Assembly: GCA_025451755.1 (NCBI GenBank)
Contig: JANWJT010000017.1
Location: 82,147-135,892 of the forward strand
From: Candidatus Microgenomates bacterium
Lineage (GTDB): Bacteria; Patescibacteriota; Microgenomatia; Levybacterales; UBA12049
DNA length: 53,746 nucleotides
Reading direction: 5' to 3'
Shown: positions 1-8,684 of the stretch, in pieces
How the letters are laid out: the number at the start of each line of letters is the position of its first letter
Position numbering within the stretch: the first letter of the stretch is position 1
Made by a program: the position numbers and the translations under genes
Notes under the pieces: model-generated
What the model saw: only the letters and a program-made list of their open reading frames with translations
Databases searched by the model: none
What the model was told of the DNA's origin: nothing

Positions 1-321
1 TACATGCACTAAGCCTAAATAAAGAGATACAATTGCAAGAATTACTGCAATAAAAATAGCCAAAGCTATTGGAACTTCTTTATTGGCAAGGGGTCTAAAT
101 TTTTTAAAGGGATGAAGTCTGTCGCTTTTTCTGTCAAAAATATCATTTACTATATATGTTGCAGAGGATAATCCACAGAGAACAATGAAGGCTATTATTG
201 CTTTATTTAAAACTGGTGTGTTAAAAAGTTCTCCGGAAAAAGTTATTGCAGCAAATACCGCCAAATTTTTTATCCACTGCCTGGGTCTTAATAGCCGAAA
301 TATGTTATATATTAGTTTCAT
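1..321 (-). CDS. UbiA-family prenyltransferase (decaprenyl-phosphate phosphoribosyltransferase-like), N-terminal part; 3' end lies beyond window start
   Basis: Own minus-strand translation (absent from the ORF track because it is truncated): MKLIYNIFRLLRPRQWIKNLAVFAAITFSGELFNTPVLNKAIIAFIVLCGLSSATYIVNDIFDRKSDRLHPFKKFRPLANKEVPIALAIF... The RPxQWxKN N-terminus and NDxxDxxxD Asp-rich motif are typical of the UbiA/DPPR-synthase family. The ATG at 319-321 overlaps the end of the upstream GT4 gene. Confidence 0.7.
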   Translation of the reverse strand, partial: MKLIYNIFRLLRPRQWIKNLAVFAAITFSGELFNTPVLNKAIIAFIVLCGLSSATYIVNDIFDRKSDRLHPFKKFRPLANKEVPIALAIFIAVILAIVSLYLGLVHV

Positions 322-1381
322 TATTATTCTTATCTAAAGCAAAGTGTAAAAATAACAAAAAGCCTCCGACTAGAATTATAACCATAGCAACTGCAAAAAG
401 TTTCCCCTTGCTCGTTAATAGAAGGGAAAGAGAACCTAATATAGCAGAAATTATCCAGTAAAACAATGCAACTTTCCGTTGACCAAAACCCATATAGAGC
501 AAGAGATGATGGAGATGTTTCTTGTCGTGCCAAAATGGAGATTTGCCCGAAGCAATCCTTCTTATGATTGTAATAATTCCATCAATCATAGGTACTCCCA
601 TAACTAAAATTGCCGTTGCAAGCTTTGCGCTTGAGAGAATAGATAATGCGCCAAGAAGTAGATAAATTGAGGTGGCTCCGTAGCCCGGAAAAATTTTTGC
701 TGGATAGAAATTGTAGATTAGAAAACCTAAAGATGCTCCCGCCAGAATAAAAGATAATTTTGCCGAAATTAAATTTGTTTGATCTACAATAGGAAATCTT
801 AAGCTTAATATTCCTATAACAATAGCCGATATCGCAACTATTCCCGGCATTTGTCCGTCTACGCCTTTACTCCAGTTAAGCATGTTCATAACCCATACCA
901 ACCAAATTATTGCAATAAGATCCGAGATAATAAGAATTGAATGCTGTCCTAAAAAATCAAACATTAATCTAAATGTGTCAAGGTAAATAGTTCCGCCAAA
1001 AGGATTTGTAATAAATGTTATTCCTACTCCGCTTCCTACAATAATAAGTCCCGCAATTATGTTAAATACAATACGAACGTATGGGGACAAGTCGTATTTG
1101 TCGTCAATGATACCTATGAGAAGAGAAATAAAAGATGCAAAAAATAGCGCTATGACAGTTTTTGTTAGTGGAAGAAATAAAATTCCTGCTATTAATACCC
1201 CGATAAATAGAGGAATTCCCCCTCCTCTTGGAACCGGTTTTTTGTGAAGAATTGCAGGATGTTTATGTTTTTTTGGATCATCGATAATTCCTAACTTTTT
1301 AATAAAAGCTAGAGATAGAGGAGTTATAACAGCAACTAGAATAAATGAAATTAAAAAAGGCAAAAAAACTATGTCGTACAT
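305..1381 (-). CDS. Glycosyltransferase family 4 polyprenyl-phosphate sugar-1-phosphate transferase (MraY/WecA family)
   Basis: 358-aa polytopic membrane ORF. It has a HKKPVPRGGGIPLF loop, an IIDDKYDL Asp-rich motif and a C-terminal HLHH segment, matching the WecA/MraY layout. Confidence 0.8.
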   Translation of the reverse strand: MYDIVFLPFLISFILVAVITPLSLAFIKKLGIIDDPKKHKHPAILHKKPVPRGGGIPLFIGVLIAGILFLPLTKTVIALFFASFISLLIGIIDDKYDLSPYVRIVFNIIAGLIIVGSGVGITFITNPFGGTIYLDTFRLMFDFLGQHSILIISDLIAIIWLVWVMNMLNWSKGVDGQMPGIVAISAIVIGILSLRFPIVDQTNLISAKLSFILAGASLGFLIYNFYPAKIFPGYGATSIYLLLGALSILSSAKLATAILVMGVPMIDGIITIIRRIASGKSPFWHDKKHLHHLLLYMGFGQRKVALFYWIISAILGSLSLLLTSKGKLFAVAMVIILVGGFLLFLHFALDKNNNETNI

Positions 1382-1747
1382 TTATGTAATTAGGACAATG
1401 ACTCTGATGATAAAAAGAAAAGATAAAAAAGCGATAAGAATGTTTGTTACAGCAAGCATGCGTGAAATTATTTGCGATTTTTTATAAATAAAATAACAAA
1501 TCAGCATATTGCAAGCTGCAATAAAAAATGCGACTCCTAATGGAATAAAAATCATAATTGATGTTCCTAGTCTTTGATCTCCCCAAGGCAATTGATTAAA
1601 AAGAGGAATATATGGAGGAAGAGATCCAAAGTTAATCAGGATATAAATAAGAGAAATAAAAATTGTAATAAAAGTTAAAAAGAATCCTCCCGACATTACT
1701 CTGTCTCTTTTTACCTCATTAAAAAATTCGTTCATAAATAAGTACAT
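1382..1747 (-). CDS. Small integral membrane protein (3-4 TM), unknown function
   Basis: 121-aa hydrophobic ORF packed between the GT-C and GT4 genes (abuts 1381). The true start may be the internal MSGGFF (about 1696), because the 1747 start overlaps the upstream gene by 29 nt. Confidence 0.5.
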   Translation of the reverse strand: MYLFMNEFFNEVKRDRVMSGGFFLTFITIFISLIYILINFGSLPPYIPLFNQLPWGDQRLGTSIMIFIPLGVAFFIAACNMLICYFIYKKSQIISRMLAVTNILIAFLSFLFIIRVIVLIT

Positions 1748-3200
1748 TGTCTATTTTTACCACTTTTCCATAATTGTATAGCGAAAAAGGAATCTGGCTT
1801 TGATCGGGCATAATGATGACTAATTTAGGCTCTTTTTTTACGAAAGCTTCTTCTGTATTCTCTATCCCGTCTTTGTATCCGGTTATATGATACGCAACTG
1901 TGTAGCGGCCGGGCGGAAGTTTATCTGAAAGTGTATAGAGCTGAGCGTTGTTTCCCCAGATAAATATATTATCATCTTTCTTAGTTTTAGTTTTTATAAA
2001 TTGGGCAAGTTCATAATCTACGGGAGTATTCTTGTCGAAAAAGCTTCGGTATTGCACTACCGATTCCCTGCCCGTTATAAAAGAAAAGAAGTTTTGATAG
2101 TAGGGAAGAACCTTGTTGTAAATCCAAAAATTATTAATTATTAAATAAGACGAAATTATAAGTATTAGGACAAGCGAAAAGCGATATCTCTTTTCCCAGA
2201 ATATCAAACCTACTAAAAGAGAGAAGCTTGGAATAAAAACTAAAATGTAATGAGTATAAGGACGTCCCGAAAAGAATGCATTGAAAAGAGAAAAGGCAAA
2301 CCATATTAATATAAAAAGAGTTGTTCTGGAAAAATTGTTTCTTTTTGCAAAAAGAAACAATAAGAATAGAGAAAGAATTAGTAGCTTTGAGATAAGTAAA
2401 CCTTGGGGAACTATGAATTTGTTTCCGTAGCCTACGTAGTCTATATTTCGAATAAATGAAGCCTCTAGAAAATATTTAAAAGCGGAAAGCCCATGAAAAA
2501 GAAAAAATAACGAAGAAAAAGCTATAGGAAAAACAAACCCAAATATAAATGGTAGTAAAAAATAGAACTGGGCGTAGATGGTATTTTTAAGGTTTGAAAT
2601 TTTTCTAGGTAAGTTTAAAATAAAAAGGAACAGAAAGAAGGCAGCGAAATCAAAGATTCCGACAATCTTAAATAAAAATGCAATTCCAAGCATAAGTCCC
2701 GAAAGCATTAGAATATTTTTCTTTAGTCTTTCTTTTGCACTGTATATTATAAACCCCGATAGAATGATAGGAAGAAGCATAAAATTCTCTGCATTTGCAA
2801 TATTTCCTTCAACAATAGGAAGGGCAAAAAGTAACCCAAAAATTATTGTTGATAATATTGCAATTTTATTTCCTTCTTTTTCTTCAAAAAGTTTTCTTGA
2901 GAGTGCAAAAAAAACAATCAATGAAAGTATCCCAAAAACTAAAGATACAAGACGCAGGGTAAATTGGTCTGAATTTAAAAGAGAATAAAGCATATAAAGA
3001 AGGGGAGGCTTATTATCCCAAATATCTCTATAGAGAAGCCGTCCGGTTTTTATAGCAAGTCCTAAGACCTGATTAATTCCTTCGTCTCCATACCAATATG
3101 GTTCAAGAAGTGAGGGTAAGCGAAGCAGAAAAAAAACAAAAGAGCTTATTAGAAGAAACCAGAAATTTCTATTCTTCTCTACTCTTTTTAAAAACTTCAT
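1719..3200 (-). CDS. GT-C fold membrane glycosyltransferase (ArnT/PMT-like, GT39/GT83 type)
   Basis: 493 aa with many TM helices. The first loop (EPYWYGDEGINQ...YRDIWDNKPPLLY) resembles the acidic loop-1 signature of polyprenyl-phosphate-sugar dependent GT-C enzymes, and there is a soluble C-terminal domain. Confidence 0.7.
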   Translation of the reverse strand: MKFLKRVEKNRNFWFLLISSFVFFLLRLPSLLEPYWYGDEGINQVLGLAIKTGRLLYRDIWDNKPPLLYMLYSLLNSDQFTLRLVSLVFGILSLIVFFALSRKLFEEKEGNKIAILSTIIFGLLFALPIVEGNIANAENFMLLPIILSGFIIYSAKERLKKNILMLSGLMLGIAFLFKIVGIFDFAAFFLFLFILNLPRKISNLKNTIYAQFYFLLPFIFGFVFPIAFSSLFFLFHGLSAFKYFLEASFIRNIDYVGYGNKFIVPQGLLISKLLILSLFLLFLFAKRNNFSRTTLFILIWFAFSLFNAFFSGRPYTHYILVFIPSFSLLVGLIFWEKRYRFSLVLILIISSYLIINNFWIYNKVLPYYQNFFSFITGRESVVQYRSFFDKNTPVDYELAQFIKTKTKKDDNIFIWGNNAQLYTLSDKLPPGRYTVAYHITGYKDGIENTEEAFVKKEPKLVIIMPDQSQIPFSLYNYGKVVKIDNVLIYERIF

Positions 3201-4690
3201 ATTTTCTCTGTTACTTTATATTCTAGTCTTTTTCCAAGCATAAGTTGAGTATGGGAAATAAGTGCAGGAAGAGTTGAAAAGAAAAAGCCAACAATGGGCA
3301 GAAGTATAAATTCAAGAGGAAAAAGGAATTCCCGGGTCCTGCTTAAGGATTTAGATTTAGGTCTTGTTCTGTAGTCAACAATTATAAGCATTAAAAGAGC
3401 GAGAAGACAAAAAGTTAAGATTGTTCCAGCAATGCTGGGAAGTTTATAGCCTAGGGATGTTCTTGAAAACACCGGATTTATAAATGGGATAATGTTTGCA
3501 GCAACTGTAAGTATAAACCAATTGACCGGCCATAAGAAGTGATCGATTAAAACATTGTATAGCATTACGGTTTTTCTGACAAACGGTACGTTGGGAACAG
3601 TAAACCACCATTTAATAAATAGCGGATCATCGGATACGCCCCATGACCATCTTCTTTCCTGATCATATTTATTTTTAAGACTCTTAATATATCCCTGGGA
3701 AAGAGGAGCGTCCATAGATGTTTTTAAAAATATAGGTTCAACCCATGCTTCTCCTTTTAACATATAAAAAGTCTTAAAGAAAATTCTATAATCTTCGGGA
3801 ATTACATCTACGTCCCAATAATCAACTCTTTTTAATAATTTAAAAGAAAGTGAGTAAGTAGAGTTGGAAACCAGTTTATCATGCTGAACAAGGACTGCCA
3901 TTCTCCAGATATTTCCGAAAAAGGCGATAATACGAGTTGGAGCAGGAATCTTCCAAAAATTATTATAGTTTACGTTTGCAGATTGCCAAAATTTGTTATA
4001 ACGTTTCTCATCGGTTAAGAAACTATGAGTTAAGTAAGAAAAATATTGTCTATCAAAAATTGAGTCGGCATCAACGGAAGAAATGGTAGCAAAATCAATA
4101 TCAATCAGACCTTTTTTTATCAATTGTCTATAAGCTTGCCTGCCGGCATACGCTTCGTTTGAAGATTTGCCTTTAACTTCTCCTTCTATATCTGGGTGGT
4201 ATGTTGCAAAAATTTGACCAAAAGTTTCGTTAAATTCTTTAATGAGAATATTTACTTTTTGCTTTGCGTCTTGTTCTCTTTCTTCCATAGCAAGGATTAT
4301 AAATATTCTTTTTGTGGGAAAAGTTTGGTTTGCAACTGCCTTTATTGTATCGCGAAGTTTATTTACGTTTTCCTTGAAATTTGGAATTATAATAATGTGG
4401 TTTACTTTTTCAAAATCCGAAAGAACCGAAGCTTTTTCCAGCCAGTTTTTACTTTCGTCTGCCTTAATTCTATTTGAGGCAATAAATGAAGTTACTGCAA
4501 CAGAAAAAGACTTATAGAGCCAGTAAACATCAAAAAATAAAATAAAGTAAGCAACAAAGTAAGGTATGGCAAACGATCCCCATAAGGGAAAAAGGATAAG
4601 CATCCACGAAAAAAACCCAGGCAGAATTTCTAATAATCTCCTTGTTTTTATTGGATATTTTGTAAAAATTTTACTGAAAAAATTTGTCAT
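3197..4690 (-). CDS. Membrane-embedded family 2 glycosyltransferase, possibly processive (QxxRW-type)
   Basis: 497 aa. TM segments flank a GT-A domain with IIIIPNFKE...QTFP, SSVDADS (DxD-like) and DQERRWSWG (QxxRW-like). A 4-nt overlap joins it to each neighbour. Confidence 0.7.
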   Translation of the reverse strand: MTNFFSKIFTKYPIKTRRLLEILPGFFSWMLILFPLWGSFAIPYFVAYFILFFDVYWLYKSFSVAVTSFIASNRIKADESKNWLEKASVLSDFEKVNHIIIIPNFKENVNKLRDTIKAVANQTFPTKRIFIILAMEEREQDAKQKVNILIKEFNETFGQIFATYHPDIEGEVKGKSSNEAYAGRQAYRQLIKKGLIDIDFATISSVDADSIFDRQYFSYLTHSFLTDEKRYNKFWQSANVNYNNFWKIPAPTRIIAFFGNIWRMAVLVQHDKLVSNSTYSLSFKLLKRVDYWDVDVIPEDYRIFFKTFYMLKGEAWVEPIFLKTSMDAPLSQGYIKSLKNKYDQERRWSWGVSDDPLFIKWWFTVPNVPFVRKTVMLYNVLIDHFLWPVNWFILTVAANIIPFINPVFSRTSLGYKLPSIAGTILTFCLLALLMLIIVDYRTRPKSKSLSRTREFLFPLEFILLPIVGFFFSTLPALISHTQLMLGKRLEYKVTEKI

Positions 4691-5511
4691 ATATTAAAAA
4701 GGCGGTGGACATTTTGTGTTATTTTTTGAGAAATTATCTCACTGGAAATACCTTTTGTCTTAGCTATAAATTGCTCAACAATTATAACATAGGAAGGTTC
4801 ATTTCTCCTACCGCGATAAGGAATCGGTGTTAAAAATGGACTGTCTGTTTCGGTTAATATTCTATCAAGTGGCGTTTTTTCAACAAGGTCAGTTAAAAGT
4901 GTTTCTTCTCCAGGAGCAAGCCCATCATAAGTAATATTTCCATCAAAGCCAATATAAAAACCTAAATCCAAAACTTTTTTTAGTAAATCAATATTTCCAG
5001 ACATGCAGTGAAACATTCCGGGTGGATCTAAAAGCTCATTTTTGTACGCATAAAGAATCTCCAAAATATCTTTTCCAGCGTGACGGTTGTGGATTTGAAG
5101 AGGCAGTTTTAGTTTTAAAGATAATTCAATCTGTTTTGCAAAAACTTCTTTTTGAAGTTTTGGATCTACAATATCATTTGATTTATACTTATAATAATCA
5201 ATTCCAATTTCTCCGATTCCAATTACTTTTGGATTTTTAGTCTCGCGGAGCGGGATCTTGCTTCGCAAGACAAGTTTCTCTAACTCTTCAAGCCAGTTTC
5301 CCTCTAATTTGTCTGCATGATGAGGATGAATTCCTACTATTGCGTAAAGGTCGTCGTACTTCTGTGCAAGTTCAATAGCTTTTTTACTTGAATCAATCTT
5401 AGTCCCGACATTTATTATTTTTTTAACACCCTTATCAAAGGCCCTTTTTATAACTTCGTCATAATCTTTCTCGAAAGAATGAAAATTCAAATGACAATGA
5501 ACATCAACCAT
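4687..5511 (-). CDS. TatD-family metal-dependent hydrolase/DNase
   Basis: The N-terminal VDVHCHLNF His-x-His motif plus GIHPHH and ETDSPFL are typical of TatD. Confidence 0.85.
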   Translation of the reverse strand: MVDVHCHLNFHSFEKDYDEVIKRAFDKGVKKIINVGTKIDSSKKAIELAQKYDDLYAIVGIHPHHADKLEGNWLEELEKLVLRSKIPLRETKNPKVIGIGEIGIDYYKYKSNDIVDPKLQKEVFAKQIELSLKLKLPLQIHNRHAGKDILEILYAYKNELLDPPGMFHCMSGNIDLLKKVLDLGFYIGFDGNITYDGLAPGEETLLTDLVEKTPLDRILTETDSPFLTPIPYRGRRNEPSYVIIVEQFIAKTKGISSEIISQKITQNVHRLFNI

Positions 5512-5546
5512 AAGATAGTTTAAAGTTTAGAGTTCAAAATTCAAAA

Positions 5547-5948
5547 TTAGTTAATAATTCCTTTTGCTTTTAAATCGTCGAAGATTAAATAATCTACTGG
5601 AGATAATGGTTCTTTTGTGGAAGAATTAAAAAAATCAATTTTCTCGATTTCTGCTGCTGGTTTTAATTCTCCTTTAAAATTTCCCGTAAAGCAAGTCATC
5701 CTAACAATCGTTCCTTTTGGCTTTCCATGAGCTTGCGCCTCAAAAGTTCCATAATATTTTATTGTTTCTTCTCTTAGATCTACTGTCAGTTCTTCTTTTA
5801 CTTCTCTTATCAATGTTTCGTGATCGGATTCTCCTGATTCTCTTTTGCCTCCCGGAATATACCACGCATCTTTGCCTTTACTCAAAGTTACAAGAATTTT
5901 TCTGTCTTTGATAAAAATAAAAGCGAGCTTGTCGATATGCCCGTTCAT
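5547..5948 (-). CDS. NUDIX hydrolase
   Basis: Nudix box GGKRESGESDHETLIREVKEELTV (Gx5Ex7REUxEExGU). Confidence 0.85.
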   Translation of the reverse strand: MNGHIDKLAFIFIKDRKILVTLSKGKDAWYIPGGKRESGESDHETLIREVKEELTVDLREETIKYYGTFEAQAHGKPKGTIVRMTCFTGNFKGELKPAAEIEKIDFFNSSTKEPLSPVDYLIFDDLKAKGIIN

Positions 5949-7372
5949 ATTCTTGGGAATAGTGGCTTTCCAGATTTAATTTTTGCTTCCTTGAATTGCT
6001 CTTCGATTTTTTGAGAGATTTCTGGCAAAAATGGTTCTAATAGTGCTGCGATTTCCTGAATCTGGTCAATTGAATGCGCAAGAACTCCTTTTAATCTTCT
6101 GTCTCCGTTTTTAAATAAATCCCAAGGTTTTTCATCGTTAATAAACTTATCGAGAGTTGCAATTTTTTTCCAAATAAAAGACAGGGCGTCGTTAAAACGA
6201 AATTTGAAAATGGCTTCTGAATATTCTTCAATAGGAATTAAATGCTCAGAAGCTCTGCTATTTGATCCCATCTGAGTATAGTTTGAATTTTCGCAAAGTT
6301 TTGCAACTCGGGAAATAAGATTTCCAAGACCATTTGCTAGATCAGAATTGTAAGCATTTGTAAACTTACTTTCCGAAAAATCTCCATCTGCAAAAGGAGA
6401 AATATATCGTAGTAAATAATAACGTAAAGCATCAGGGCCATATTTATCAATAATTTCAATTGGGTCAATTACGTTTCCTAAAGTTTTTGACATTTTTTGT
6501 CCGTTAACTGTTATATATTCATGAACAAAAATACTTTTTGGAAGAGAAAGCTTAGCAGACAAAAGAAAAGCGACCCAATAAATTGCGTGAAACCTAAGTA
6601 TTCCTTTGCCGACTACATGTAGGTTTGCAGGCCACCAATCTGGTGCTCCGCTCCTATAAATATTAAGAGCGTCAAACCAAACATACATTTTTTGAGTTTC
6701 ATCGCCTGGTACGTTTACTCCCCAGTTTTTCGCTCTTTTATTGGACCGGGAAATACTTATATCTTTAAGCCCCTGTTTTAAAAAGTTTAGAGCTTCAGTC
6801 TTTCTGTTCTCGGGAACTATTCTTACTTTATTTGACTTTATAATATCTTCAATCTCTTTTTGATATTTAGAAAGTTTAAAAAAATAATTTTCTTCGGAAA
6901 CTTCTTCGAGTTTTTTACCAGGATGTTCAAAGCATTCTCCATTTTCGTTTAGTTCGCTCTTTTCGTAAAAAAGCTCACATCCTATGCAGTAAAGCCCCGT
7001 ATATTGTTTTTTATAAATGTCTCCACTCTTTAAACATAATTCCCATAAATTTTGCGAAGAAGAATGATGATTGGCATCGCTTCCTCTTTGAAAAACATCA
7101 AATTTTACATTAAGTTTTTTTGCTAAATCTTCAAAGAGCTTACGGTTTCTATCAACGAGTAATTGGACAGAAATTTTCTCCTGCTCTGCTGCCTGGACAT
7201 TTTTTATTGCGTTTTCGTCAGCTCCGCAAAGAAGAAGAACATTTTCTCCCATCTGCCTATGAAACCTTGCAATGGCATCGGACTGTACAAATTCCATAGC
7301 GTGACCAATATGAGGCTTTGCATTTACATAAGGAATCGCGTTTGTAATATAAAATTTACTCTTGTCATTCAT
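5945..7372 (-). CDS. metG: Methionyl-tRNA synthetase (short form, no C-terminal tRNA-binding domain)
   Basis: Class I motifs PHIGHAMEF (HIGH) and KMSKTLGN (KMSKS), with overall MetRS similarity. Confidence 0.95.
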   Translation of the reverse strand: MNDKSKFYITNAIPYVNAKPHIGHAMEFVQSDAIARFHRQMGENVLLLCGADENAIKNVQAAEQEKISVQLLVDRNRKLFEDLAKKLNVKFDVFQRGSDANHHSSSQNLWELCLKSGDIYKKQYTGLYCIGCELFYEKSELNENGECFEHPGKKLEEVSEENYFFKLSKYQKEIEDIIKSNKVRIVPENRKTEALNFLKQGLKDISISRSNKRAKNWGVNVPGDETQKMYVWFDALNIYRSGAPDWWPANLHVVGKGILRFHAIYWVAFLLSAKLSLPKSIFVHEYITVNGQKMSKTLGNVIDPIEIIDKYGPDALRYYLLRYISPFADGDFSESKFTNAYNSDLANGLGNLISRVAKLCENSNYTQMGSNSRASEHLIPIEEYSEAIFKFRFNDALSFIWKKIATLDKFINDEKPWDLFKNGDRRLKGVLAHSIDQIQEIAALLEPFLPEISQKIEEQFKEAKIKSGKPLFPRI

Positions 7373-7378
7373 GAAGTA

Positions 7379-7387
7379 ATTCTAACA
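7379..7387 (-). promoter_or_regulatory. Extended -10 promoter (TGtTAGAAT) for metG, 6 nt before the ATG
   Basis: The minus strand reads ctcTGtTAGAATtacttcATG, and no Shine-Dalgarno sequence can fit in the gap. Confidence 0.45.
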
Positions 7388-7419
7388 GAGAAAATATGTT
7401 CGAACAAGAATAGATTAGG

Positions 7420-7755
7420 TTATTTTTTGTAGCTAAAAAACATTTCTAGGGTGACAAATAAGATAAGGAGCATGATTAAAAAGAAAATGTGAGTTAGATC
7501 TAAAAATCTAAGCAAAAGATAAGTTGAAGCAAAAAGACCGATGAAAATTCCTCTTCTCATATTATTTAATACAAAAGAAGAAATCGAGAAGAATAACAAG
7601 AAAGAAATTAAAAGAAAGACTGGAAAAATGGGTACTTGAAAATTGAAAACTGCGACTTGAAAATTAGGAGATAAGAAAACTATTAAATATATAAAAATTG
7701 CTAAAGATAAAAGGCCGACGATTAAAAGCCAAATAGGTTTTTTTCTTCGCTTCAT
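7420..7755 (-). CDS. Small membrane protein (3 TM), unknown function
   Basis: The track ORF extends to 7815, but that extension overlaps the CIRCE element. The internal MKRRKKPIWLL start at 7755 is preceded on the minus strand by TGcTAAACT-N7-ATG. Confidence 0.5.
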   Translation of the reverse strand: MKRRKKPIWLLIVGLLSLAIFIYLIVFLSPNFQVAVFNFQVPIFPVFLLISFLLFFSISSFVLNNMRRGIFIGLFASTYLLLRFLDLTHIFFLIMLLILFVTLEMFFSYKK

Positions 7756-7794
7756 AAAAATAAGTTTAGCATATTTTGATACAGAAAAAGGGGG

Positions 7795-7823
7795 TTGACA
7801 ACTATTAGCACTCATGTTATATT
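7795..7823 (+). promoter_or_regulatory. Sigma-70 type promoter of the hrcA operon (TTGACA-17-TATATT)
   Basis: TTGACA at 7795-7800, a 17-nt spacer, and TATATT at 7818-7823. The promoter overlaps CIRCE. Confidence 0.65.
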
Positions 7824-7831
7824 AGTGCTAA
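7805..7831 (+). promoter_or_regulatory. CIRCE operator (HrcA binding site)
   Basis: TTAGCACTC-atgttatat-TAGTGCTAA matches the consensus TTAGCACTC-N9-GAGTGCTAA with one mismatch, and lies directly upstream of hrcA. Confidence 0.9.
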
Positions 7832-7832
7832 T

Positions 7833-7855
7833 CAATCCCAATTAGATCGGGATTG
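7833..7855 (+). other. Hairpin CAATCCC-aattagatc-GGGATTG in the hrcA leader
   Basis: Perfect 7-bp stem with a 9-nt loop. A related sequence occurs at 37341-37364. Confidence 0.4.
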
Positions 7856-7856
7856 C

Positions 7857-7948
7857 AAATTCGAAATCCTAAATCAGAAATCCTAAATAAAATTAAAATA
7901 ACAAATTCAAAAGTTTAGAATTTAGATATTAGAAATTAGAATTTAAAG
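7857..7948. repeat. AT-rich imperfect inverted repeat (AAATYC / GRATTT units), copy A
   Basis: The left arm (aaattcgaaatcctaaatcagaaatcctaaat) pairs imperfectly with the right arm (gtttagaatttagatattagaaattagaatttaaag). The right arm shares a 28-nt block (26 identities) with 26475-26502. Confidence 0.6.
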
Positions 7949-7952
7949 TTTT

Positions 7953-8684
7953 ATGCACAATCTTACTCAAAGACAGATAGAAATACTAAGAAATCTTATA
8001 GAGGAATATATAGAAACTGCTTTGCCTGTAGGTTCAGAGACGCTTGAGAAAAAACGAAATATTAGTGCTTCTCCTGCAACTATTAGAAATGAAATGGTAA
8101 AGCTTACAGATATGGGTTATCTTCAAAAGTCTCATTCGTCTGCGGGTCGCATACCAACCTCTGCAGGTATGAAATTTTATGTTAACCAGTTAATGAAGGA
8201 AAAAGAAATTTCTGTTAAAGAGGAGGTAGAGCTTAAAGAAAAAGTATGGGATCACAGAACAACTCAGCAACGGTTACTCAAGGAAGTTGCAAGATCTTTA
8301 GCAGAAAAAACTAAGGCTTTAGCAATTGCAACTACAGACGAAGGAGACTTCTTTTGCGCAGGATATTCAAATATTTTAGATATGCCTGAATTCTTAGACA
8401 TAGATATTACAAAGAATCTTTTGAGCGTTATAGATGAGATGGGATATTTTGATGCTATTTTTGAAAAAATAGAAAATGATGAGGATATACACATTCTTTT
8501 TGGTGAAGATCTGGGTCCAAAACTTTCTGGTCCTTATGGATCGGTATTTGCTCATTACAAGACATCAAAACATTCAGGTGGAGAAATAGGCGTAATAGGT
8601 CCGACAAGATTAAATTATACGTATGTTGTGCCGACAGTTAGATACTTTAGTAATTTGATTAACGAGCTTGCAGAAGGATGGTAA
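7953..8684 (+). CDS. hrcA: Heat-inducible transcription repressor HrcA (short form)
   Basis: N-terminal wHTH (LTQRQIEILRNLIEEYIETALPVGSETL) and C-terminal GVIGPTRLNYTYVVP, preceded by CIRCE. Confidence 0.9.
   Translation: MHNLTQRQIEILRNLIEEYIETALPVGSETLEKKRNISASPATIRNEMVKLTDMGYLQKSHSSAGRIPTSAGMKFYVNQLMKEKEISVKEEVELKEKVWDHRTTQQRLLKEVARSLAEKTKALAIATTDEGDFFCAGYSNILDMPEFLDIDITKNLLSVIDEMGYFDAIFEKIENDEDIHILFGEDLGPKLSGPYGSVFAHYKTSKHSGGEIGVIGPTRLNYTYVVPTVRYFSNLINELAEGW

Noticed and set aside
246-461. 71-aa plus-strand ORF at the GT4/UbiA junction
   Set aside because: It overlaps two well-supported minus-strand membrane enzyme genes and is a shadow ORF.
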